Under the pieces are notes generated by a model, which did no database searches, was not told the DNA's origin, and saw nothing but the letters and a program-made list of their open reading frames with translations. This document shows positions 1 through 8,744 of a stretch of DNA of 64,000 nt, one piece after another. Origin of the DNA: Candidatus Latescibacterota bacterium (GTDB taxonomy: Bacteria > Latescibacterota > UBA2968 > UBA8231); assembly GCA_965243025.1 (NCBI GenBank), contig CBDETY010000003.1, positions 4,832,001 through 4,896,000 on the forward strand. Direction: 5' to 3'. The translations under genes and the position numbers were made by a program. Positions within the stretch are counted from its first letter, which is position 1, and each line of letters begins with the position of its first letter.

Positions 1-314
1 ACCTGCCAGGTGACGGCGCTCTCGTGGTCGTTGCTCTCGAAGAAGTAGAAAGGGGCGGAGGAGCGGCCGGAGCGGCTGTAGAACTGGACGCTGTACTTCC
101 GTGGGAAGGCGCTCTCCCTGAGCCTGTCGAGCATGCCGAGACGGGCGAAGGTCTGCCAGGTTCCCGGCATCAGCGACTCGCCGACCTGGAACTGCGAGGA
201 GGCCTCGCGCTCGAGCAGGAGCACGCGGTGGCCCTTTTCCGCCACCAGGGCCGCAGCAGTGGTCCCGGCCGGCCCCCCTCCGATGACGACGACGTCGTAG
301 ACCGGGTCAGCCAT
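1..314 (-). CDS. Flavin-dependent halogenase-like / FAD-dependent oxidoreductase (N-terminal part; runs off the window)
   Basis: Absent from the ORF track. Manual translation from ATG at 314: MADPVYDVVVIGGGPAGTTAAALVAEKGHRVLLLERE...QVGESLMP...FPRKYSVQF. Contains the Rossmann GxGxxG, GESLxP and FxxKxxxxF motifs. Start overlaps the upstream stop (307-309). Confidence 0.8.
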   Translation of the reverse strand, partial: MADPVYDVVVIGGGPAGTTAAALVAEKGHRVLLLEREASSQFQVGESLMPGTWQTFARLGMLDRLRESAFPRKYSVQFYSRSGRSSAPFYFFESNDHESAVTWQ

Positions 315-1605
315 CGGTCGCGCGGTGATCGGTGACGCGCCGCGCCTTGAGCTCGAAGCGCGGCAGGGTGCCGGCGGGAACCGCGGCGACCGCCGCCCGC
401 AGGCCGAGGCCGGTGTGCAGGGCCTGCGTCAGCTCCGATTCGAGGCGGTCAGGGTCCGCGGCGTCCAGCTCCACCCGGACCTCGAGCTCGTCGAGGGCGC
501 CCCGGCGGCGCACGTCGACGGCGAACTCCGCCACCTGCGGAAAGCGGCGCACGACGTTCTCGACGGCGCTGGGATAGACGTTGGTGCCGCGAATCAGCAG
601 GGCGTCGTCGAGGCGGCCGATCACCCCCCCCTGAAGCCGCCTGCCCGGCCGCCCGCACCGGCAGGGGCCGTCCCCGGCGAGGCGCACCAGGTCCCCGGTG
701 CGGTAGCGGATCACCGGCATCCCGGCGCGGCCGAGGTTGGTGACGACCAGCTCCCCTTCGGTGGCCGGCTCGCTGCCGCCGGGGGTCAGCACCTCGAAGA
801 TGAACTCCTCCTCGTTGAGGTGCATCCCGCTCCGTTCGCCGCACTCGAAGCCCCAGGCGCCTACCTCGGTGGCCCCGGCGTGGTCGAAACAGCGCGCGCC
901 CCAGGCCGCCTCGATGCGGGCGCGGGTTGCCGGCAGTCCGGCCCCCGGTTCCCCGGCGTGGATGGTGGTCGCCACGCTGCCCGAGGGCAGGTCGACCCCG
1001 AGATCCCCCGCCACCTCGGCCAGGTGCAGGGCGTAGGTCGGAGTGCATACCAGCACCGTCGCCTCGTTGGCGGCGATCGCCCGGACCCGCTGCTGGGAGC
1101 TCATGCCGCCCCCGGGAATGATCAGCGCCCCGAGGCGGCGCGCCCCTTCGCAGGCGCTCCAGAAGCCGATGAAGGGACCGAACGAGAAGGCGAAGAAGAT
1201 GCGGTCGCCGGGCCCCACCCCGGCGCCGGCGTACACCTCCCCCCAGCAGCGTCCCCACCAGTCCCAGCTCTCTGCGGTATCGAGCCAGCGCAGGCGCTCG
1301 CCGGTGGTGCCCGAGGTCAGGTGCAGGCGGGTGTACCGGTCGCGGCCGAAGGTGAGGTTGGTGCCGTACGGCGGGTGGCCGGCCTGATCGAGGGAGAGCT
1401 CCTCCTTGGTCGTGAAGGGAAGCCTCGCGTAGTCGGAGGCGGTGCTCACTTCGGCGGCGTCGCTGAGGCCCGCGGCGCCCAGCTTGCCCCGGTAGAACAG
1501 GTTCCCTTCCAGGACCGTTGCGAGCACTTCCCGCAGCCTGGCCAGCTGGCCGGCGCCGATTGCGCATTCTGCCGCCGGTGCCGGCGGGGCGGGTGCCGCT
1601 CTCAC
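307..1605 (-). CDS. Phenylacetate--CoA ligase (PaaK)-family acyl-CoA ligase
   Basis: LPFTTKEEL, TSGTTG P-loop, HAGATE, YRTGD and IRGTNVYPS motifs. Probable GTG start at 1605 (GTGA overlap with the receptor stop); the ORF track extends to 1617. Confidence 0.85.
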   Translation of the reverse strand: MRAAPAPPAPAAECAIGAGQLARLREVLATVLEGNLFYRGKLGAAGLSDAAEVSTASDYARLPFTTKEELSLDQAGHPPYGTNLTFGRDRYTRLHLTSGTTGERLRWLDTAESWDWWGRCWGEVYAGAGVGPGDRIFFAFSFGPFIGFWSACEGARRLGALIIPGGGMSSQQRVRAIAANEATVLVCTPTYALHLAEVAGDLGVDLPSGSVATTIHAGEPGAGLPATRARIEAAWGARCFDHAGATEVGAWGFECGERSGMHLNEEEFIFEVLTPGGSEPATEGELVVTNLGRAGMPVIRYRTGDLVRLAGDGPCRCGRPGRRLQGGVIGRLDDALLIRGTNVYPSAVENVVRRFPQVAEFAVDVRRRGALDELEVRVELDAADPDRLESELTQALHTGLGLRAAVAAVPAGTLPRFELKARRVTDHRATDG

Positions 1606-3698
1606 TGGATGGCCCACTCCAGGCTCGAATGGAAGGATGCCGGATCCCCAGGAATGACGGCGGTGCCGCCGAAACCGCGGGTCTCGTACTCGTCACCGGT
1701 CAGATTTCGTACGTGCAGGCGGATGCGGGCGCCCCCGACACGATACCCCAGGGCGGCGTCGACGGTGAATGCGGGGTCGATCCGGTAGCCGTTGTCGGGG
1801 GCGATGTACTGGCCGCTGACGTAGCGCGCCCCGAGGGCGGCCTCGAGGCCGAGTACTGTGCGAACAGAACTCCAGAGGTTGAGGATATGAGCCGGGGCGA
1901 AAGCGGGAACGTTGCCGGCCCGGTCGGCGAATTCGTACTCGCCGGTGAGTGTCGGCACGAACTCGGTGAACGCCGTCAGCTCGGGGTCGGCAAAGGCGTA
2001 GGCTGCGAGGAAATACCAGCGCCGGGACGGCTGTCCCGCGATTTCGAACTCCAGCCCCCGGGAGCGCTGGGCCCCGTTCTCCTTGACGATCCCGGTCCCG
2101 TCGGGAATGGCGATGTTCTCCTTCTCGAGCAGGTAGGCGGCGGCCGAAGCGCGCACCCTGCCCTGCAGCCACTGGCGGCGGACGCCCGTTTCGAGCTGTC
2201 TGCTCTCCTCGGCCTCGCGCTCGCCGGTTACCTGGGTGGAAGGAGGAGCGAAGGCCCTGCCGGCGCTGGCGTACAGCCGCAGGTCGTCCGTCGCCGACCA
2301 CGTTGCGCCGAGGAAGGGACTGAGCTTGCCGTAACTGCGCTCGCTCTCCGAGATCTCCTCATCGTAGAGGATGCGGTCGAAGCGGAGACCGGCAATCGAT
2401 TCGAGATTCCCGGTGATTGGCGACTGGGCGGCGACGTACGGGGCGAGGACGGTGGACCGGGCTTCGGCGGTCTGCGACTGGACCGGGAAGCCGCTCCCCC
2501 CCGGTTCGACCGGATCGTGGAGATCGATCATTGGCAGCAGCACCGCATCGAGAGTGAAGTCGTCCGTCAGCAGCGCGACCTCCAGGCCGGCAAGCAACCG
2601 GTGCCTGCCCGCGGCCATGACCGCCTCGAGCTGGTTGCCGGTGAAGCGCTGGCGGTCGTCGAGCGACAGCCGGGTGCGCATCACGCCGAGGGAGCCGTCC
2701 TCGCCCGGCAGGACGCCGTTGAGCAGGGTGCCGGCCGACGGCCACTCGAAGTTGGTGAAGTAGAGCTTGTCCCGCAGGGTCAGGCGGTCCGACAGCTTCA
2801 TCTCGCCGTCGAGCCTGAGACGCAGGATCGCCTGCTCGGAGAAGTCGCCGGGTGCCTGGTACGAGCGCGTCCGCGGCACCGGCGCAAGGGCATCTCCCAG
2901 AAGCGGCAGCCCGGAGTCCGGACTGTAGTCGTTGGCGATGTACTCGGCGCTCGCCTCGATGAAGGCGACGTCGCCGAAGCGGACCGCCAAAGCCGGGTTG
3001 ACCGCCCATTCGGAGTATTCCTTGTCGTCGCGGTAGTTGTCCGAGCCGCGCGTCATGGCGTTCAGCCGCAGCGCCACCCGCTCTCCCCGCCTCCAGCCGG
3101 CGTCCGCTGTCGCCCGGTAGCTGCCGTAGCTGCCATAGCTGCCCCCGAGAACCGCGAACGGGCGGCCGGCGAATACCGGTTTCCTGCGGACGACGTTCAC
3201 GGCGCCTGACATCGGCTTGCCGCCGTACAGGAAAGCCCCCGGGCCTTTGAGAACCTCGATGCGGGCGACGTTGTACATCGGGTAGAAGCTGACCTCGGGC
3301 TCGCCGGCGCCGTCGTAGAGGACCATGCCGCTCGACAGCGAGTCGAAGCCGCGCACGACGAAGTAGTCGGAGACTCCAAAGCCGGTCTGCACGTTGACGC
3401 CGCTGACGTTGGCCAGCGCGTCGCCGAGGATCCCGCCGTGCTGGGCCTGGACCAGAGCAGCCGGAACCACCGCGACGGAAGCCGGGGTGTCGCGCAGCGC
3501 CAGAGGCCACCTCGTCACCATCCCGCTCCGCTCCGGAAGGGTGAAGCGCGACCCGGTTACGACCACCTCGCCGGCGGTGTAAGCCGGCGGGTCCGCGGCG
3601 CTTTCGGTTTCGTCGGCGGGGGCCGCCGCCGCGGGGGCAAGCGCGGCCAGGAGCAGGAGCCGGCGCCCCAGGCCCCGGCCTTCAGGTGTAGCGCGCAT
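1602..3698 (-). CDS. TonB-dependent outer-membrane receptor
   Basis: Signal peptide, EVVVTG TonB-box region, plug motifs (VRGF; RIEVLKGPGAFLYG), C-terminal NLTGDEY and an aromatic final strand. Confidence 0.9.
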   Translation of the reverse strand: MRATPEGRGLGRRLLLLAALAPAAAAPADETESAADPPAYTAGEVVVTGSRFTLPERSGMVTRWPLALRDTPASVAVVPAALVQAQHGGILGDALANVSGVNVQTGFGVSDYFVVRGFDSLSSGMVLYDGAGEPEVSFYPMYNVARIEVLKGPGAFLYGGKPMSGAVNVVRRKPVFAGRPFAVLGGSYGSYGSYRATADAGWRRGERVALRLNAMTRGSDNYRDDKEYSEWAVNPALAVRFGDVAFIEASAEYIANDYSPDSGLPLLGDALAPVPRTRSYQAPGDFSEQAILRLRLDGEMKLSDRLTLRDKLYFTNFEWPSAGTLLNGVLPGEDGSLGVMRTRLSLDDRQRFTGNQLEAVMAAGRHRLLAGLEVALLTDDFTLDAVLLPMIDLHDPVEPGGSGFPVQSQTAEARSTVLAPYVAAQSPITGNLESIAGLRFDRILYDEEISESERSYGKLSPFLGATWSATDDLRLYASAGRAFAPPSTQVTGEREAEESRQLETGVRRQWLQGRVRASAAAYLLEKENIAIPDGTGIVKENGAQRSRGLEFEIAGQPSRRWYFLAAYAFADPELTAFTEFVPTLTGEYEFADRAGNVPAFAPAHILNLWSSVRTVLGLEAALGARYVSGQYIAPDNGYRIDPAFTVDAALGYRVGGARIRLHVRNLTGDEYETRGFGGTAVIPGDPASFHSSLEWAIQ

Positions 3699-5031
3699 TG
3701 CGGTACCTCGGGTCGTAGAACGCCGGCAGCAGCTGGTCGACGCGCAGCAGGCCGGTGGGGGTGAGGGCGACGGTCGCGTCGTCCCAGGTCAGCATCCCCT
3801 CGTCGCGCAGGACCTCGAGGGGAGCGGCGAAGCGGTCGAGTATGTCGACTCCGTGCTTGTCGGCGAAGTATCCGGTGCTGACCTGTCCCAGCTTCAACTG
3901 CAGGATCAGCTCCCGGGTCAGCCGCTCGCCGGCGTTGGTCGCGAAGGCCCGCGCCAGCGGCAGCCGGTCGTCGGCCAGGTCGCCGAGGTACTGCTCCCAG
4001 GAGGAGGCGTTCTGGTAATGGACGCCCCCCATGTGGGAGAAGGAGGCGACCCCGGCGCCGATCATGTCGCTGCCGCGCCAGAGCGCGTCGCGGTAGACGA
4101 ACGACTGCTCCGTCCCCTTCCTGACGACGGTGTAGGCGCTCGCGCGCTCGTACCCTGCCCGCTCGAAACGGTCGAAGGCGAAGGCGTGCCACTCCCGCTT
4201 GGTCCGCCAGTCGGCGAGGACCATCTCCTCGCGTCCTCCCCCGGCGATCGACTGCGAGTACACGGTGTTGAACGGCAGCTCCATCTGGTAGACGGTGATG
4301 CTGTCGGCCCCGAGGTCGACGGTGCGCTCGACGGTCTCCCTCCAGGACTCCCAGGTCTCGCCGACCATGCCGGCGATCAGGTCGACGTTGATTTGGGCGA
4401 ACCCCTGCGCCGCGATCCAGGGCTGCACGCGGAACACCTCCCGGGTGGTGTGGGCGCGGCCGTTCTCGCGCAGGATGTCGTCGTTCATGTTCTCGACGCC
4501 GAGGCTGAGGCGGGTCACCCCGATCTGCCGGATCGCCCGCAGCTTGGCCTCTGTCAGCGTTCCCGGCTCGCACTCGAAGGCGATCTCGGTTGCCGCGTCC
4601 CAGGGCAGCGCCGCCTTCAGCCGCGCCGCCAGCGCCTCGAGGTGGCGGGCGCTTATGTAGGAAGGGGTGCCACCGCCGAAATAGACGAACCTCAGCTCGC
4701 GGCCGGCGACCCGGGGGGAGCCGGCGTACAGCTCCACCTCGCGCGCCATCGAGTCGAGATACTGCCGGATCTGCGCGGCGTTCTTGTCGACGTAGACGCG
4801 GAAGTAGCAGAACTTGCAGCGCTTGCGGCAGAACGGCACGTGCAAATAGAGGCCGAGGTCGGGAACCTCCGGCGCGGGCCGGGTATCGAGAAGGGCGCGC
4901 GCCGCGGCGACGTCGCTCTCGTTCCAGAACGAGTACGGCGGGTAGTTGGAGACGAAGACGCTGCCTACCTCGGTGTCGGTCAGCAGGTCGTCGAGGCGGG
5001 TGGTCGCCGGTTCCGGGAGGTGGGTGGTCAT
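3682..5031 (-). CDS. HemN-like radical SAM protein (putative class C methyltransferase-type)
   Basis: YLHVPFCRKRCKFCYF (CxxxCxxC), YFGGGTPS and RLSLGVE motifs plus a HemN C-terminal domain. Start MTTHLPE at 5031 (ATGA overlap). Confidence 0.85.
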   Translation of the reverse strand: MTTHLPEPATTRLDDLLTDTEVGSVFVSNYPPYSFWNESDVAAARALLDTRPAPEVPDLGLYLHVPFCRKRCKFCYFRVYVDKNAAQIRQYLDSMAREVELYAGSPRVAGRELRFVYFGGGTPSYISARHLEALAARLKAALPWDAATEIAFECEPGTLTEAKLRAIRQIGVTRLSLGVENMNDDILRENGRAHTTREVFRVQPWIAAQGFAQINVDLIAGMVGETWESWRETVERTVDLGADSITVYQMELPFNTVYSQSIAGGGREEMVLADWRTKREWHAFAFDRFERAGYERASAYTVVRKGTEQSFVYRDALWRGSDMIGAGVASFSHMGGVHYQNASSWEQYLGDLADDRLPLARAFATNAGERLTRELILQLKLGQVSTGYFADKHGVDILDRFAAPLEVLRDEGMLTWDDATVALTPTGLLRVDQLLPAFYDPRYRNARYT

Positions 5032-6167
5032 CCTGGGTTTCCGAAGCAGTAGAGCATGCCGTCTTCCGAGCCGATCACCAGTCTGCCCGCGGCCACCGCG
5101 GGAGAGGCGGTGAACGATTCCCCGGTCTCGAACCGCCAGCTCTCGCCGCCGCCGGCGAGGTCGAGGGCGGCCAGCCTGCCGGCGGTGGTGGCGACGAAGA
5201 CGCGCTCGCCGGCGATGACGGGAGAGGAATCGACGCGGGCCCCCGCCGCGTAAGTCCAGCGCACGGTTCCGTCGGCCGCGTCGAGGGCGTGCACCTGCTT
5301 GTCGCGGCCCCCGACGACTACGGTCTCCCCGCTCACCGCCGCCGAGGAGTAGAAGGGGAACTGGCGTTCCGGCGCGTAGCGCCAGGCGAACCGGGCTTCT
5401 TCCAGGTCGACGGCGACCACCTCGTTGTCGAAGGTGCCGGCGACGGCGGTCCCGCCCTCCAGGACCGCGGCGCTTGCAGCAATGTACTGGCCTGCGTGAA
5501 GGCTCGCAGTCTCGACCCCGGAGCGGAGGCCGATGAGTCGCAGCTGTCCGTCGCAGCCGCCGGCGACGGCGAGGGTGCCGGCCACTGCCGGCGAGGCGTG
5601 CACGTAACCCCCGGTCTCGAACTTCCACAGCAGCTCGCCGTCGTCGAGCCCCAGGCAGTACAGGCGGTGGTCGTAGCTGCCGAAAAGGACGCGGCCTTCC
5701 GACAGGTTCGGGGAAGAGGTGACCGCCCCTTCCGCCGCGAAGGTCCAGAGGGCGGCGCCGCTGGTCCGGTCGACGGCGTGGAAGGTTCCGGACTCGTCGC
5801 CGAAGAGCACGGCGTTCCCGTGGACCGCGGGTGAGGATTTCACCTCGCCTGCGGCCTTGTAGGCCCACTCGATGCGGCCGTCGGCGAGGGCGGCGGCGAG
5901 CAGTCGGCCGCCGAGGGTGCCGACGTAAACGGTGCCGCCGCTGATCGCCGCGGTCGACTCGATCCCCCCGCTCCCTCCCCGGGCGGCGCTGTCTCCGTAC
6001 GCCGCGGTATCCAGGGCCCACAGCAGCTCCAGGTCGCCGTCGACGGGGGAAGCGGCGACGCCGGTCAGGCCGGGGCCGCCGCGGAAACTCGGCCAATCGG
6101 ACGAAGCGGCCGCAACCGCGGCGCACGCAGCCAGGACCTGGACCGCCAGGCGCTGAGGAGCCCGCAT
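5028..6167 (-). CDS. Secreted PQQ-like (BamB-type) beta-propeller protein
   Basis: Signal peptide followed by DWPSFRGG; repeated SSPAV...LYxLDxxxGxxxW blades. ATG at 6167 overlaps the Fe-ADH stop (TGATG). Confidence 0.85.
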   Translation of the reverse strand: MRAPQRLAVQVLAACAAVAAASSDWPSFRGGPGLTGVAASPVDGDLELLWALDTAAYGDSAARGGSGGIESTAAISGGTVYVGTLGGRLLAAALADGRIEWAYKAAGEVKSSPAVHGNAVLFGDESGTFHAVDRTSGAALWTFAAEGAVTSSPNLSEGRVLFGSYDHRLYCLGLDDGELLWKFETGGYVHASPAVAGTLAVAGGCDGQLRLIGLRSGVETASLHAGQYIAASAAVLEGGTAVAGTFDNEVVAVDLEEARFAWRYAPERQFPFYSSAAVSGETVVVGGRDKQVHALDAADGTVRWTYAAGARVDSSPVIAGERVFVATTAGRLAALDLAGGGESWRFETGESFTASPAVAAGRLVIGSEDGMLYCFGNPG

Positions 6168-7303
6168 CAGAAGGCCGCCTCGTACAGGCCCGCGAGCTCC
6201 CGCTCCCCCGCGGGCCGGGGGTTGAAGCCCGCCGTTCTCTGGGACGCGGCCTGGCGCGCGAGATCCGGCAGGGCTGCCGCCTCGACGTCGAGATCGCGCA
6301 GTCGTTCGGGCAGGTCGGCCGCGGCGTTCCAGCCGCGCACGCACTCGGCCAGGGCATCCGCCCCCGCTTTCTCCAGGCCGGCGGCCATGGCCAGCTCGGC
6401 GTAGCGTCCGTCGACCGCGGCGCCGTTGAAGCGGATCACGTGCGGCAGCATCACCCCGACCGCCACTCCGTGGGTGATCCCGTAGCGTGCGGTCAGCGGG
6501 TTGGCGCAGGCGTGGGCGGCCCCCAGCATCGAGTTCTCGATGGCGGCGCCGGCCCAGTGGGCCCCGAGCAGCATGCCGGCGCGCGCCTCGACGGAGCCGC
6601 CGCGCAGGCTTTCGCGCAGGTTGGCCGCCAGCAGCTGCAGCGCGCGGGCGGCGAACATCCGCGAGACCTCGTTGCCGTTGGCGCTGACGAAGCTCTCCAC
6701 GGCGTGCGAAACCGCGTCGACCGCCGCGGCGGCGGCCACCTCCCGCGGCGCCGTCGCGGTCAGCTCGGGATCGAGCAGGGCGGCGCGGAAGCGGGCGCTG
6801 CGGTCGCCGCAGGCCATCTTCATGCCGCTTTCCCCTGCCCCGATCAGGGCGAAGCGCTGCGCCTCGCTGCCGGTCCCCGCGGTGGTGGGGACGCCGATGG
6901 CGGGAAGCAGCGGCTTCTTCGCCTTGCCGTCGCCGCGGTAATCCTCGATGCGGCCGCCGTTGGTCAGCAGGAAGTTGATCCCCTTGGCGCAGTCCATGGC
7001 GCTGCCGCCCCCGAGGGCGACAACGAAGTCCGGAGGCCGCGGCAGCTCCCCGGCGAAGCGGCTTCCGGCCTCGACGTTGCGGCTGCGGGGGTTCTTCTCT
7101 ACCCCGTCGAAGACGGCGTGCTCCAGTCCGGCGGCGGCGAGGGATTCGACGGCCCTGGCGAGGATGCCGGCGGCGGCGATCCCCGGGTCGGTGACCACCA
7201 GAACCCGGCCGGCCCCCAGCTCGGCGGCCAGGCCGCCGAGCCGGACCAGGGCGCCGGCGCCGAACACCAGGCGCGTGCCGCTCTCGTACTCGAACCCCCG
7301 CAT
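6167..7303 (-). CDS. Iron-containing alcohol dehydrogenase
   Basis: GGGSAMD, PTTAGTGSE, DAVSHAVES and HACAN...HG metal-binding motifs. Confidence 0.92.
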   Translation of the reverse strand: MRGFEYESGTRLVFGAGALVRLGGLAAELGAGRVLVVTDPGIAAAGILARAVESLAAAGLEHAVFDGVEKNPRSRNVEAGSRFAGELPRPPDFVVALGGGSAMDCAKGINFLLTNGGRIEDYRGDGKAKKPLLPAIGVPTTAGTGSEAQRFALIGAGESGMKMACGDRSARFRAALLDPELTATAPREVAAAAAVDAVSHAVESFVSANGNEVSRMFAARALQLLAANLRESLRGGSVEARAGMLLGAHWAGAAIENSMLGAAHACANPLTARYGITHGVAVGVMLPHVIRFNGAAVDGRYAELAMAAGLEKAGADALAECVRGWNAAADLPERLRDLDVEAAALPDLARQAASQRTAGFNPRPAGERELAGLYEAAF

Positions 7304-8739
7304 CAGGCGCGCTTTCTCATGGTGAACGCCCGCTGCCGGTACAGCAGCTCGAACAGGTTCCCCTCGTGCGGCTGGTCCCAGGCGATCTCGTTCGTCGCCA
7401 CCTCGCCGAAGTTGAGGCGGTCGATCCCGGCGGAGCTCATCAGCTGCGCCCGCAGCTCAGGATCTTCCGTCAGGGCGGTGACCACGAGGGAAGGGCCGAT
7501 CCTTTCCGCCATCTCCTCCGCGGGGGCCTCGACCACGGCGACGAACGGGAACAGGAACTCGGTGTCGGCGAGCGGGTGACCGGGGTCCTCGCACCAGATC
7601 ACCGTCGGACGCAGGAAGGTGCATCCCCCGGCGGTGGCGACGCGGCCGCTGCCCCTGACCGCGGCGGTGAGGTCGACGGCCCCGGGGGTTTCCAGCTCGC
7701 GGTCGATGAAGTCGGAAATCCGCCGCGCCCCCTCCGGGTCGGGGAAGGCGGCGAGGGCAGCGTCGGGATGGTCGAGGGGGAGCGGCTCGATCCCGGCCAA
7801 GTGCCTGGCAAGGGCCTCGGCGATCTCGCGACCGCTGCGGGGAACCCAGACGCCGGAGGCGTTGATGCAGGAACGGCCGCTGTTGTCGGCGACCGAGGAG
7901 AGCAGCAGCGGCAGCGCCTTTTCCCAGTCGCCGGCCGCGTCGCTGCCGATCAGGACCTTGCTGCGTCCAGGGCCGTGAATCTCGACGCGCGGGTCGCCGC
8001 GCCAGGGAGCGACCGTCTCCTCCCCCCCGAACAGCAGCGAGCGGCCGCAGCGGAGCAGCAGCTCCCCGGCGGCGTCGTGTCCTCCCGGGTAGAGGCTGAA
8101 GGCGGCCGGCGGACAGCCGGCGGCGATGAAGGCCTGGGAGATTCGAAAAGGGGTCCACGGCTCCCGGCTGCCCGGCTTGAGCGCCAGCGGAACCTTCAGG
8201 GCCAGGGCCGGCAGCCACAGGGTGTGCACACCCGGGGAGTTGTTGGGCAGCACCGCTCCGAGAACGTCGGAAAGTCGCCGGTAGCTGAGGGTGCGCCCCC
8301 CCTGCTCCCCCCAGCCGCTGTCGATGACCTCGAGGCCGGCGCCGCGCGTCAGCCCGCCGACGATCCGGTCCATCTGCTCGAGGGCGGAGGATATCTTCGC
8401 GGCGTTGCCGCGGCACAGGGTACGGGGCAGCCCGGTGGTGGCCGACAGCTGCGCGACGTACTCCTCGAACGGCTGCACCCGCTCCCCGAGCGGCAGGTCG
8501 GCGCCCGCGAACAGCCCGCCGGCGCGGCGGCAGATGCGCAGCAGCTCTTCCGCCGGCAGGGCAGCCAGCTCCCGCTGCGCGAGGCGGGCCCGGGACAGGT
8601 CGCGGGCGATGAGCCCGGCGTTTGCCTGGGAAACCTCGGCCACCGGCTCGCCGCCGGCCGCGTGCGAGAGGGTTTCCAGCCGCAGGCTGCGGTAGGGCTC
8701 CCCCTGCCTGAGAACGGGTATGTGCACCGGAGCGGTCAC
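7303..8739 (-). CDS. Aldehyde dehydrogenase-fold acyl reductase (EhpG/LuxC-like)
   Basis: LPNNSP, LKPGS, HGPGRSK (in place of ELGGK), catalytic SGRSCINAS and EFLFPF motifs. Probable GTG start at 8739. Confidence 0.8.
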   Translation of the reverse strand: MTAPVHIPVLRQGEPYRSLRLETLSHAAGGEPVAEVSQANAGLIARDLSRARLAQRELAALPAEELLRICRRAGGLFAGADLPLGERVQPFEEYVAQLSATTGLPRTLCRGNAAKISSALEQMDRIVGGLTRGAGLEVIDSGWGEQGGRTLSYRRLSDVLGAVLPNNSPGVHTLWLPALALKVPLALKPGSREPWTPFRISQAFIAAGCPPAAFSLYPGGHDAAGELLLRCGRSLLFGGEETVAPWRGDPRVEIHGPGRSKVLIGSDAAGDWEKALPLLLSSVADNSGRSCINASGVWVPRSGREIAEALARHLAGIEPLPLDHPDAALAAFPDPEGARRISDFIDRELETPGAVDLTAAVRGSGRVATAGGCTFLRPTVIWCEDPGHPLADTEFLFPFVAVVEAPAEEMAERIGPSLVVTALTEDPELRAQLMSSAGIDRLNFGEVATNEIAWDQPHEGNLFELLYRQRAFTMRKRA

Positions 8740-8744
8740 GGCGG

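Noticed and set aside
3682-6357. 891-aa radical SAM fusion
   Set aside because: The N-terminal half is an alternative frame of the propeller gene; the real start is the coupled ATG at 5031.
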